Shown here piece after piece: positions 9,412 through 17,526 of a stretch of DNA of 59,650 nt; position 1 is the first letter of the stretch, and every line of letters begins with the position of its first letter. Both the position numbers and the translations under genes were made by a program. The DNA is taken from the IMG/VR virus record IMGVR_UViG_3300043431_000358, positions 1-59,650 of that record; one strand, 5' to 3'. Below the pieces are notes generated by a model that worked only from the letters and a program-made list of their open reading frames with translations, was not told where the DNA came from and did not search any database. This DNA is from a virus. Lineage: Duplodnaviria > Caudoviricetes.

Positions 9412-10635
9412 ATGAAAGCTACTCTTGATCTAGTTCGTCGCCTGAGGGACACGACGGGAATAAAAGTGAACCGGTCATTCGGAGGATTCTTTGCCGACCG
9501 GCTGGTGCAGGCTCTCAGCAGACCAACGCTGATTGATGCCATTGAGCACCTTGCGCAATCGCTTGATGCCGGCACTGAGTTCATTGGAGGAAAGAAGATT
9601 GCACCGTTCTTGCAGGAAGCAAGCGGGCCCATGGCGCCGGCTATTCTTCACTGGATGCGCGAGCACCCCGCAGTAGTGGCCATGATCGCCAGCCTGAAAG
9701 ACGAAGAAGATTACGCTTCTGCCATCGGCTCGATACCTCTGGACGCGGCAGCGGTTGACGACGACAGCGTAGTCACTGCGCATCCGTCATACGACGTGAC
9801 TTTGGTGGTGAACGTGTTGGGCGGGCTGGCGCACGGGAGCGACAGGAAAGCGGGTAATGCCACTCTGTACAGGCGCCGCAGCGTGATCACAGAGACAGGC
9901 AAGCACATGGCATTGCCAATCTACGCAGGAAACGCCCTGCGCGGACAAATGCGCGACTTGCTCTCTGACCACTTTCTGCGCGCCATCGGTTTGACCGCAA
10001 GCAGGAGTCAACCGGCTGTATCACTTTGGGCATTCCACACGCTGTACGCAGGCGGTGTGCTTGAGGCGAACGCGAAGGTAGACAAGGAGCTTGGCAACGC
10101 TGGCGCAGTCCGGGCTGACGCCATCAGAGACCTGCGGAATTACATCCCAATGCTTTCGCTACTTGGGACTGCGATTGGAAACAGGATCATCTGCGGACGC
10201 ATACAAGTTGGCGACCTTAGACCGCGTTGCGTCGAATGGGGGACAGGAACGGTGCGTGCCGACTCTCTTATTGAATGGACTTTCCTCACAAGGCGCGACG
10301 ACTACGAAGGCCGCCAAGAGGGCGAAGACCATGCAGGCATGATCGCCACCAGCGAGGTCCTCAAAGGCGGAACGGTGCTTGACGGAGGCATCGACATAGA
10401 TGGCCATGCCAATAGCATGGAAAGGTCTTGCCTGGCTCGCGGCCTGTCACTGATGATTGAGCGTGGCATGCTGGGTGCAGAAAACAGGCGAGGCATCGGC
10501 AAGGTGACCATCGAGGTAAAAGGTCTGCCAGACCCAGCGGAGTACGACGAACACCTGTCCACGCATGCCGCCGAGATCACCGATTACCTCCGCCGTCTTG
10601 GAGCACTGAGTGCGCAGCCTCCTATTGCTGGCTGA
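9412..10635 (+). CDS. csf2: Type IV CRISPR backbone protein Csf2 (Cas7 group RAMP) with N-terminal helical, probably Cas11-like, domain
   Basis: From residue ~127: LAHG, PIYAGNALRGQMRD, LYAGG.L, PMLSLLG, GRIQVGDL.P, FLTRRDD, EVLKGGT and G-rich loop GAENRRGIGKV. Confidence 0.85.
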   Translation: MKATLDLVRRLRDTTGIKVNRSFGGFFADRLVQALSRPTLIDAIEHLAQSLDAGTEFIGGKKIAPFLQEASGPMAPAILHWMREHPAVVAMIASLKDEEDYASAIGSIPLDAAAVDDDSVVTAHPSYDVTLVVNVLGGLAHGSDRKAGNATLYRRRSVITETGKHMALPIYAGNALRGQMRDLLSDHFLRAIGLTASRSQPAVSLWAFHTLYAGGVLEANAKVDKELGNAGAVRADAIRDLRNYIPMLSLLGTAIGNRIICGRIQVGDLRPRCVEWGTGTVRADSLIEWTFLTRRDDYEGRQEGEDHAGMIATSEVLKGGTVLDGGIDIDGHANSMERSCLARGLSLMIERGMLGAENRRGIGKVTIEVKGLPDPAEYDEHLSTHAAEITDYLRRLGALSAQPPIAG

Positions 10636-11395
10636 CGCATTCGAAGCCGGCGTCGAATGGCGCGCTGAGCCTCTCCCGGAAGACCCTCAGCCTGGGGTTT
10701 GCTGCCTGCTTGGAGAGGTTCTACCGACCATCTCCAAGCGGCACCTTCTCACGGCCAGCTTCACAGATTCGAACATGCTTCAGCGGCCCGACAGCGACCG
10801 CGTGAGCGTTGCGGCCTGGACGGCTTTCACGGCTGGAGAGTTGCGCGATGGGAAAAGCCGCAGGTACTGCCCGGAACGGATGAGTAGCTGGCGCTGCACC
10901 GCAAACCGTTTCGAGGCCCTCAGCCGGCAGGGCGTGCGCGATGCGGTGTTCGGAGAACCACCCGGCAGCGCCTGGGCTGGCTACGCCACCACCAGCTACA
11001 AGAAGCATGGGAGCCTCCGCGCGCCTGTCAATGACGGTACGGGGAACGTGTGGCTATGGGAGACACGCCTTGTGGACTGTAGTGACCGGACCGAATTGCG
11101 CGTCATGTGGGAAAAGATGCGCGGCTACCAGGATGCAGGCATTCCACGACCAGTTCTTGAGACCGGAGAATTGGACGCATACCTTGTCGCAAAGATCGGT
11201 ATTCCTACGGCGATGCAGTACCAGAAGTGGTCGGCGCCGCTGGTCTGGTCTGCCGTCTACCAGTTCGTCGTCTACCTATTGCCTTCAAAGGAAGAACTGA
11301 TTGAGCAAAATACAGAGCAACCGCCTGCTGTGGGAACTGCACGCCAAGACCTCCGGGCACCAGCGCAGGGTGAAACACCTGATCTCTTCGATTGA
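10610..11395 (+). CDS. csf1: Csf1-like (Cas8-like large subunit of type IV)
   Basis: Position between csf2 and cysH-like/csf3; GVCCLLG...SFTD...PDSDRVS and KKH.....PVN motifs as in Csf1; divergent. Confidence 0.65.
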   Translation: MRSLLLLADAFEAGVEWRAEPLPEDPQPGVCCLLGEVLPTISKRHLLTASFTDSNMLQRPDSDRVSVAAWTAFTAGELRDGKSRRYCPERMSSWRCTANRFEALSRQGVRDAVFGEPPGSAWAGYATTSYKKHGSLRAPVNDGTGNVWLWETRLVDCSDRTELRVMWEKMRGYQDAGIPRPVLETGELDAYLVAKIGIPTAMQYQKWSAPLVWSAVYQFVVYLLPSKEELIEQNTEQPPAVGTARQDLRAPAQGETPDLFD

Positions 11396-12032
11396 GGCCG
11401 TCCCGGCGGACAATGCCTACGTGAGTTTCAGTGCAGGGAAGGACTCCGCGGTCTTGGCGCACGCTGCGAACGTCGTATACCCTGGTATTCAGATATGGAT
11501 GGTTGACCCCGGCATCCCAACGCACTGGACAGAAGAAGAGCAAGACAAGTGGCTTGAGTACGCATCCTCAATGCGGTGGTCGTTGCGGGTGTTCCCGTGG
11601 GACAAGTGGGCGGAAGTCGGAGAAGCTGCCAGCGAGAAGGACCACAGAAAAAAAGCGCATGACTCAATGTTCGAGGAAATGCACAAACAAGCTCACGAAG
11701 AGTCCAGAACGCACGTCCTGATGGGGCTGCGGGCGCAGGAGAGCCACGGCCGGAGGTTCTCCCTCGCGACGCACGGAGAAGCGCACACCAGCCGTAGCGG
11801 CACCACGCGTCACTGCCCATTGGGTCTTTGGACCCATGACGACATTTGGGCGTACACGATCACGCACGGTCTGCCATGGTTGACGATCTATGATCACCTG
11901 GGACCAGAGGCTAGGAACGGCCTCATCGGCAGGAGCGGCGTTCAGCAGGGCCGCATGGCTTACCTTCGTCGCTACTTCCCTGATGCCTACCGGCACGCAC
12001 GCGACGTACTTGGATTGGATTACGCGCAATGA
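11301..12032 (+). CDS. cysH: CysH-like PAPS-reductase-family (PP-loop) protein, type IV-B accessory
   Basis: PP-loop YVSFSAGKDS, MGLRAQES, CPLGLWTHDDIWAY; TTG start with aaggaag RBS. Confidence 0.85.
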   Translation: MSKIQSNRLLWELHAKTSGHQRRVKHLISSIEAVPADNAYVSFSAGKDSAVLAHAANVVYPGIQIWMVDPGIPTHWTEEEQDKWLEYASSMRWSLRVFPWDKWAEVGEAASEKDHRKKAHDSMFEEMHKQAHEESRTHVLMGLRAQESHGRRFSLATHGEAHTSRSGTTRHCPLGLWTHDDIWAYTITHGLPWLTIYDHLGPEARNGLIGRSGVQQGRMAYLRRYFPDAYRHARDVLGLDYAQ

Positions 12033-12709
12033 GTCACCTCAAGATCACTTTCCACCTGGACGGCAGCGGCGTCTACTTTGACCCAAACGAGCCGACGACG
12101 CTGGACGGGTTGCTTTGCTGGGTGTTGGCGCCAAAGCAGGGATTCCGACACCTCGACCGCAGCGAGGTTCCAGGCAATGTTCAACTCCCGCTCATGCGCA
12201 CAGCTCTTGGTAGCACGTTCATCTGGAACGCATCCGCGCTCTTCCCGGATGGGCCATCTGGAGAGGGGCTGTGGTTCTGGCGGAAACGCATGCGTCAGTC
12301 ACGGATCCACCTCACAACTGGGTCACCAAACACTACCAACGGCACCTACCGTGATTGGCAGACACCGCTGCCACTGACCCTGTGCCTACGCATGGTCGCC
12401 TACGCGAGCGGGAATGGATGTGACGTCAGGCGGCTGCTGAGAGAGGTCAGATACATCGGTAAGAAGGCCGCGCACGGACACGGGAAGGTCATCAAAACAG
12501 AGGTTGAGCACTGCGAGAAAGACAACAGCCTGACCATGGACGGCCTTGCCACCAGGTGGTTGCCGCAAGCGGGTGGCCCCAGGCTGGTACGTCCGCGCCC
12601 GCCATACTGGCACCCGCACGGGCGCATTGAGTGCTGCGATATTGGCAGCGCGTGGCCTCCCACACGCGCACCATCTATTCCAACTGAGGGGCAGGTTTGC
12701 GCATCCTGA
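12029..12709 (+). CDS. csf3: Csf3 (Cas5 group RAMP) of type IV CRISPR-Cas
   Basis: LKITFHL, LDGLL, LPL, WNAS, G-rich loop IGKKAAHGHGKV, terminal RPPYWHP. Confidence 0.85.
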   Translation: MSHLKITFHLDGSGVYFDPNEPTTLDGLLCWVLAPKQGFRHLDRSEVPGNVQLPLMRTALGSTFIWNASALFPDGPSGEGLWFWRKRMRQSRIHLTTGSPNTTNGTYRDWQTPLPLTLCLRMVAYASGNGCDVRRLLREVRYIGKKAAHGHGKVIKTEVEHCEKDNSLTMDGLATRWLPQAGGPRLVRPRPPYWHPHGRIECCDIGSAWPPTRAPSIPTEGQVCAS

Positions 12710-13560
12710 TCACCGGCAAGGGCACCAGCGGCTCCTGGAAGATCCGCGGCGAGCAGTTGGGCGCGGCCATTGGCGCCACGGTGGTGGCCCAGGCCAGCCG
12801 GGCCGTGATCGAAGCGCACGACCTGGTGGTGCTGGTCAAGCGCGGTCCGGAGGACCTGGTGCGCCGGATCCGCGAGTCTGGGAAGCCGCTGGTGTGGGAC
12901 GTGGTGGACGCGTGGCCCCAGCCGGCCGGCAGCCATTGGGCGCGGCCGGCCTGCCTGCAGTGGCTGCGGCAGCGACTCAACGAACTGCGGCCCGCGGCGT
13001 GCGTGGCGGCCACACCGGTGATGGAGGCGGACATTGAGGCCGAGCGGGTGCCAGCGCTGTGCGTTTGGCACCATGCCAAGCCGGGCCAGGCCATCAACCC
13101 CATTCGCGAGTGCCTGGCCACCATCGGCTACGAGGGCAGCGAGGCCCACCTGGGCGGGTGGGTGCAGCACCTGGAGGCCGCCGCACGCCGCGCTGGCATC
13201 CGCTTCGTCATGCTCCCGCCTCGGCTGGCCGACGTGGACATCGTGGTGGCGCTGCGCGACCAGGCCGGCCACGCGGCGCGGCACTGGAAGTCGAACGTGA
13301 AGCTGGCCAATGCCCAGGGCTCCGGCACGCCCATCATCATGGGGGCTGAATCCGCCTACTTGGCGACGGTAAGCGGCGCCGAAGCAATCGTGTCAAGCCG
13401 GGACGACCTGGACGAAGCCATCGAACTGATGCGGCCCGTGGCCGTGCGGCGCGCCGCGGCAGAAGCCATGCTTGCTGCCGCCCCCAGCCTTGCCACCTGC
13501 GCCGCGGCCTACCGCGACTTCCTCACCTCGGTGCTGGCCCAGCGGGCTGGCCGCCGGTAA
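12697..13560 (+). CDS. Putative glycosyltransferase (GT-B-like)
   Basis: GSWKIRGEQL, VWDVVD, HH, IGYEG, WKSNVKLANA..SGTP.I motifs; TTG start overlapping csf3. Confidence 0.6.
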   Translation: MRILITGKGTSGSWKIRGEQLGAAIGATVVAQASRAVIEAHDLVVLVKRGPEDLVRRIRESGKPLVWDVVDAWPQPAGSHWARPACLQWLRQRLNELRPAACVAATPVMEADIEAERVPALCVWHHAKPGQAINPIRECLATIGYEGSEAHLGGWVQHLEAAARRAGIRFVMLPPRLADVDIVVALRDQAGHAARHWKSNVKLANAQGSGTPIIMGAESAYLATVSGAEAIVSSRDDLDEAIELMRPVAVRRAAAEAMLAAAPSLATCAAAYRDFLTSVLAQRAGRR

Positions 13561-13574
13561 CCGGAGCATCACCG

Positions 13575-14096
13575 ATGCGAATCAACGTTGGGTGTGGTCG
13601 CCACGTCCTGGAGGGGTGGGTGAACGTGGACGTGGAGCGCTCGCCCAAGGCAGAGCGGGCGCCCGAGATCCTGGCCAGCGCGGTGGCGATCCCTCTGGCG
13701 GGTGGCTGCGCGGACGAGGTGATGGCCATCCACCTCCTGGAGCACTTCTGCCGGTGGGAGGTGGCGGCCGTGCTGGCCGAGTGGCGCCGGCTGCTGAAGC
13801 CTGGCGGCCTGCTGGTGCTGGAGATGCCGGACATCCTCAAGTGCGCCCGCAACCTGATCAAGCTGGCCGCCGCTGGCGCCGATGCCCACCAGATCGACAG
13901 CCAGGCCATGTGGGGCCTGTACGGCGACCCCGGCACGCGCAACCCGCTCATGTGCCACCGGTGGGGCTGGCACCCGGCGACCCTGCAGGCCGAACTGCAC
14001 GCGGCCGGCTTCACCGACATGGTGTGGACGCCGACGCAGTGGCATGCGGCCGGCCGGGCCCACCGTGACATGCGCGTCGAAGCGCGGAGGCCCTGA
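13575..14096 (+). CDS. Class I SAM-dependent methyltransferase (Methyltransf_11-like)
   Basis: INVGCG, GWVNVD, HLLEH, EW.RLLKPGG.L.LEMPD. Confidence 0.85.
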   Translation: MRINVGCGRHVLEGWVNVDVERSPKAERAPEILASAVAIPLAGGCADEVMAIHLLEHFCRWEVAAVLAEWRRLLKPGGLLVLEMPDILKCARNLIKLAAAGADAHQIDSQAMWGLYGDPGTRNPLMCHRWGWHPATLQAELHAAGFTDMVWTPTQWHAAGRAHRDMRVEARRP

Positions 14097-14097
14097 G

Positions 14098-14871
14098 ATG
14101 CGCGCCGAGATCCTCATCGCCCAGCCGCTGTCGAGCCGCGGCGAGAAGATGCTGCGCGCGCTGGCCCGCACCTCGCCGCCCGGCAGCGTGCTCACCAGCA
14201 GTTATGCCGGCCAGTGCGAGTTGCTGGTGATCTACGGGCCCGGCGCACCGGTGCGACTGCAGCAGGCCGCCCAGCACCGCGCCGGCGGCGGTCGGGTGGT
14301 GATGTGGGACCTGGGCTACTGGGACCGGGAGGCCACCATGCGGCTGTCGGTGGACACGCTGCACCCCACCGCGGCGCAGCTCGAGCTTGCGCCCGAAATC
14401 CACCGCGCCACGTTCGGCCTGCGCGAAGACGCCGACCCGGCCGGGCCCATCATGCTGGTGGGCCTCGGGCCGAAATCGTGCGTTGCCTACGGCTACGCGC
14501 CGATGCAGTGGGAGCAGGGCCGCCTGGATGCGCTGCGCGCGCGCTTCCCGGGCCGGGAGATCCTCTGGCGACCCAAGGGGGACAAGCCAACGCTGCTGCG
14601 CGGCACCACGCTGCGCCACGGCATGCCAATCCACGAGGCGCTGTCCGGCTGCAGCCTGGTGGTCTGCCGGCACAGCAACGTGGCCGTGGACGCCTGCATC
14701 GCCGGGGTGCCAGTCGAGTGCGAGGATGGGGCCGCCCTGGCCCTATATCATGGCAACCCGGAGCCCACGCTGGAGCAGCGCGCACGTTTCCTGCAGCGGC
14801 TGTCGTGGTTCAACTGGGGATTCAATGAGGCTCAGGCATGTTGGAACTGGATCGCTCAGCTGACCAGGTAA
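14098..14871 (+). CDS. Second KpsC/KpsS-like putative glycosyltransferase
   Basis: WDLGYW, WRPK, HSNVAVDACIAGVPV, R..FLQRLSWFNW...E; parallels 8078-8887. Confidence 0.6.
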   Translation: MRAEILIAQPLSSRGEKMLRALARTSPPGSVLTSSYAGQCELLVIYGPGAPVRLQQAAQHRAGGGRVVMWDLGYWDREATMRLSVDTLHPTAAQLELAPEIHRATFGLREDADPAGPIMLVGLGPKSCVAYGYAPMQWEQGRLDALRARFPGREILWRPKGDKPTLLRGTTLRHGMPIHEALSGCSLVVCRHSNVAVDACIAGVPVECEDGAALALYHGNPEPTLEQRARFLQRLSWFNWGFNEAQACWNWIAQLTR

Positions 14872-15575
14872 CCCGGGTCTACATCGGCCACGACCCGCGG
14901 TCCCAACTGGCCTACGAAGTGGCCGAGCATTCCCTCCGGCGGCATGCCAGCGGGCCCGTCTCGGTGACCGCCCTGCGCGCCGACGTGCTGGCGGCCCAGG
15001 GCCTGCTGCGCCGGCCCACCGATGCCCGCGGCGGCACGCTCTACGACCTCCCCAGCAACGCGCCCTGCAGCACCGAGTTCGCGATCTCTCGCTTTATGGT
15101 GCCGCTGCTGGCCCAGCACGGATGGGCACTGTTCGTGGACTGCGATGTGGTGTTCATGGCCGACGTGGCCGAGGTGCTGGCCTGCCGCAACCCAGACGTT
15201 GCCGTGCAGGCGGTGCACCACAACCACGTGCCTCGGCTGGCCACCAAGATGTGCGGGGCGGCGCAAACACGCTACCCGCGTAAAAACTGGAGCAGCGTCA
15301 TGCTCTGGAACTGCAACCACCCGGCAAACCGGCGCCTCTCGCTGGACGACATCAACAACCGGCCCGGGCGCGACCTGCACGCCCTGTACTGGCTGGCAGA
15401 CAGCGAGGTCGGCTACCTGCCTCCGGTGTGCAACTGGTTGGTGGGCGAGCAGCCTGCGCCGTCACGCCCGGTGGTGGCCCACTTCACCAATGGCGGGCCC
15501 TGGCTGGACGGCTGGTCGCCCGCTGATCACGACGACATCTGGCACCGCGCCCGCGCGGAGATGGGTACCCCATGA
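14838..15575 (+). CDS. GT-A fold glycosyltransferase (GT8-like nucleotide-diphospho-sugar transferase)
   Basis: YIGHDPR, STEFAISRF.VP, DxD motif FVDCD, YPRKNWSSVMLWN, HFTNGGPW. Confidence 0.85.
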   Translation: MLELDRSADQVTRVYIGHDPRSQLAYEVAEHSLRRHASGPVSVTALRADVLAAQGLLRRPTDARGGTLYDLPSNAPCSTEFAISRFMVPLLAQHGWALFVDCDVVFMADVAEVLACRNPDVAVQAVHHNHVPRLATKMCGAAQTRYPRKNWSSVMLWNCNHPANRRLSLDDINNRPGRDLHALYWLADSEVGYLPPVCNWLVGEQPAPSRPVVAHFTNGGPWLDGWSPADHDDIWHRARAEMGTP

Positions 15576-16219
15576 GCGTCACCGTCATCCGCCCCCCGGC
15601 GTTCGAGCCCATCAGCCTGGAGCAGGCCCGCCAGCACCTGCGTGTTGACGTCTACCCGGGCAGCCCGGGCGGGCACCCCGACGACGACCTGATCATGCGC
15701 GCGATCGTGGCCGCCCGCGAGCGGGCCGAGGAGATCACCCGGCGCGCGCTGGTGGAGCAGGGCCTGCGCATGGTGGCGCCGGATTGGTACGTGGAGGGCT
15801 GGCGGCGGACGGCCCGGCATGGCATCGACCTGCTGCGCCCCCCGCTCATCAGCGTGGATCAGGTCAGCTACTACGACGACGCCAACGTCCTGCAGGTGGT
15901 GGACCCGTCGAACTACTTCGTCGAGGACACTCAGCCCGTTCAGCGTCTGCGCTGGGCCAGCAGCTTCGCCTACCCCTGCGCCTACGTGCGAGCGGACGCG
16001 GTGCGCGTGGACTACACCGCCGGATACGCGGGCCAGGCAAGCCCGGTCATCGACCAGGAGGGGGCCGCCAGCGGCATCCCGGCCAGCATCATCAACGGCA
16101 TGCTGCTCCTCATCGGCGACATGTACGAGCACCGCGAGGCCACGATTGTTGGCTCGATCAGCACGGTGCTGGCCGCGGCCGATGCGCTGTTCGAGAGCAA
16201 GCGAATCCACAACTTCTGA
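15572..16219 (+). CDS. Head-tail connector protein
   Basis: EPISLEQARQHLRVD..DDDLI, YTAGY, LLLIGDMYEHRE. Confidence 0.9.
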   Translation: MSVTVIRPPAFEPISLEQARQHLRVDVYPGSPGGHPDDDLIMRAIVAARERAEEITRRALVEQGLRMVAPDWYVEGWRRTARHGIDLLRPPLISVDQVSYYDDANVLQVVDPSNYFVEDTQPVQRLRWASSFAYPCAYVRADAVRVDYTAGYAGQASPVIDQEGAASGIPASIINGMLLLIGDMYEHREATIVGSISTVLAAADALFESKRIHNF

Positions 16220-16223
16220 GGCC

Positions 16224-16838
16224 ATGCTGCACACCCAGGTGGCGCCGCGGTGGCGCGGCCGGCTGGTGGTGGTGGCGGCCACCGGGGCGGGTCTCACGCC
16301 AGAGGTTGCGGCCGCATGCGCCGGCGTGCCCACCATCGCTGTCTCAGACGCCTACCGACTCATGCCCGCGGCGGAGGTGCTCTACAGTTGCGACGCCCGC
16401 TGGTGGGACCACCACCGGCCCCAGTTCGCCGGAGAGAAGTGGAGCACCCACCAGGTGGGCCGCAACGACAAGCGCGGCGCGGCCGATCGGCACGGCCTTC
16501 ACCTTGTGCCGGGCGCGCCGGGCCAGGTGTTCCGCACCGATGGCACCATCGCCTACGGCTCCAACAGCGGGTTCCAGGCGATCGGCCTGGCAATCCTGTT
16601 CGGCGCGGCGCGCATCGTGCTGGTTGGGTTCAACCTCGGCGGCCCGCACTTCTTCGGCGCCCACCCGCGGCCGCTGGTCAACAGCAACTGCCGCCAGTTC
16701 CTACCGCACTTCCAGGCCGCGGCCAAGCGCATGCCGGCCGGCGTGGAGATCGTGAACGCCACGCCGCGCAGCGCGCTCGACTGCTGGCCCATGGTGCCGC
16801 TGGCTGCCGCGCTGGCGTGGCCGGCGGCGCCGGGTTGA
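16224..16838 (+). CDS. Second Maf/DUF115-like putative glycosyltransferase
   Basis: VVAATGAGL, IAVSD, LYSCD..WW, GSNSGFQAIGLA..FGA.RIVLVGF, IVNATP.SAL.CWP; paralogous to 7156-7815. Confidence 0.7.
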   Translation: MLHTQVAPRWRGRLVVVAATGAGLTPEVAAACAGVPTIAVSDAYRLMPAAEVLYSCDARWWDHHRPQFAGEKWSTHQVGRNDKRGAADRHGLHLVPGAPGQVFRTDGTIAYGSNSGFQAIGLAILFGAARIVLVGFNLGGPHFFGAHPRPLVNSNCRQFLPHFQAAAKRMPAGVEIVNATPRSALDCWPMVPLAAALAWPAAPG

Positions 16839-16849
16839 ACTGCGTCACA

Positions 16850-17029
16850 ATGCCGGCCATGGACCCAGGCAAGAAGCGGCGGCAGTGCAACACCTGCGCG
16901 CAGGTGCGCAAGCGGCTGCCGAAGCCCATCCGGGAAGCCCTGGAACGTGTCGAGGAAAGGATGATCAGTGCGAGCGGGACAACTGCGCCACAGGCTGACC
17001 CTCCAGCGCCGCGCCGACACCAAAAGTAA
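16850..17029 (+). CDS. Small hypothetical protein (CxxC)
   Basis: 59-aa ORF filling gap before the head-closure gene. Confidence 0.35.
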   Translation: MPAMDPGKKRRQCNTCAQVRKRLPKPIREALERVEERMISASGTTAPQADPPAPRRHQK

Positions 17030-17336
17030 TTCGGGCGAGGTGCAGGTCGGCTACGAGTCGTTCGACACCGTCTGGGGCAACGTCAAGCCGCTGGTGGGGC
17101 GTGAGTTCTTCGCCGCGCAGCAGGTGCAGGCCGAGGTGACCACCGAGATCCTTATCCGCTGGCGGCCCGGCATCAACTCGACGTTGCGCGTCCGTCACCG
17201 ACCCAATGCCCGCGAGGGCGAGGACGACGCCTACGACATCCTGGCCGTGGCCGAGGACAACGTCAGTGGGATCCGCCAGCTTCGGCTGATGTGCGTGAAG
17301 CGTGATGCAGAGGGGTGGCGCCGTGGCCCAGATTGA
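16968..17336 (+). CDS. Head closure (head-tail adaptor) protein
   Basis: RAGQLRHRLTLQ, VWGNVKPL.GRE, IRWRPGI motifs. Confidence 0.9.
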   Translation: MRAGQLRHRLTLQRRADTKSNSGEVQVGYESFDTVWGNVKPLVGREFFAAQQVQAEVTTEILIRWRPGINSTLRVRHRPNAREGEDDAYDILAVAEDNVSGIRQLRLMCVKRDAEGWRRGPD

Positions 17337-17526
17337 ACAACGTGTGGAACTGCGGGCGAACGACTTGGTGCGGATGAGCATCACGGTCAGAGTCGTTGGC
17401 CTCAAGTGGTGGTGGTTGCGCGCGCGCATCGGGATCGCCATCCTGCGGCTGGCCGCCATCGTTCTGCCAGGGCCCGTCAATGTGGCGATCGACACCGGGA
17501 ATGAGCGTCGTGGCAACAGCGATTGA
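17323..17526 (+). CDS. Small hypothetical protein
   Basis: GTG start, coupled to both neighbours. Confidence 0.45.
   Translation: MAQIEQRVELRANDLVRMSITVRVVGLKWWWLRARIGIAILRLAAIVLPGPVNVAIDTGNERRGNSD

Noticed and set aside
11301-12032. cysH as a sulfate-assimilation auxiliary metabolic gene
   Set aside because: Lacks the ECGLH motif and is embedded in a cas operon
9395-12720. CRISPR array or leader next to the cas genes
   Set aside because: Flanks are 16 bp or overlapping coding sequence; no repeat-spacer pattern seen here or in other intergenic gaps by eye (a CRISPR finder run would confirm)
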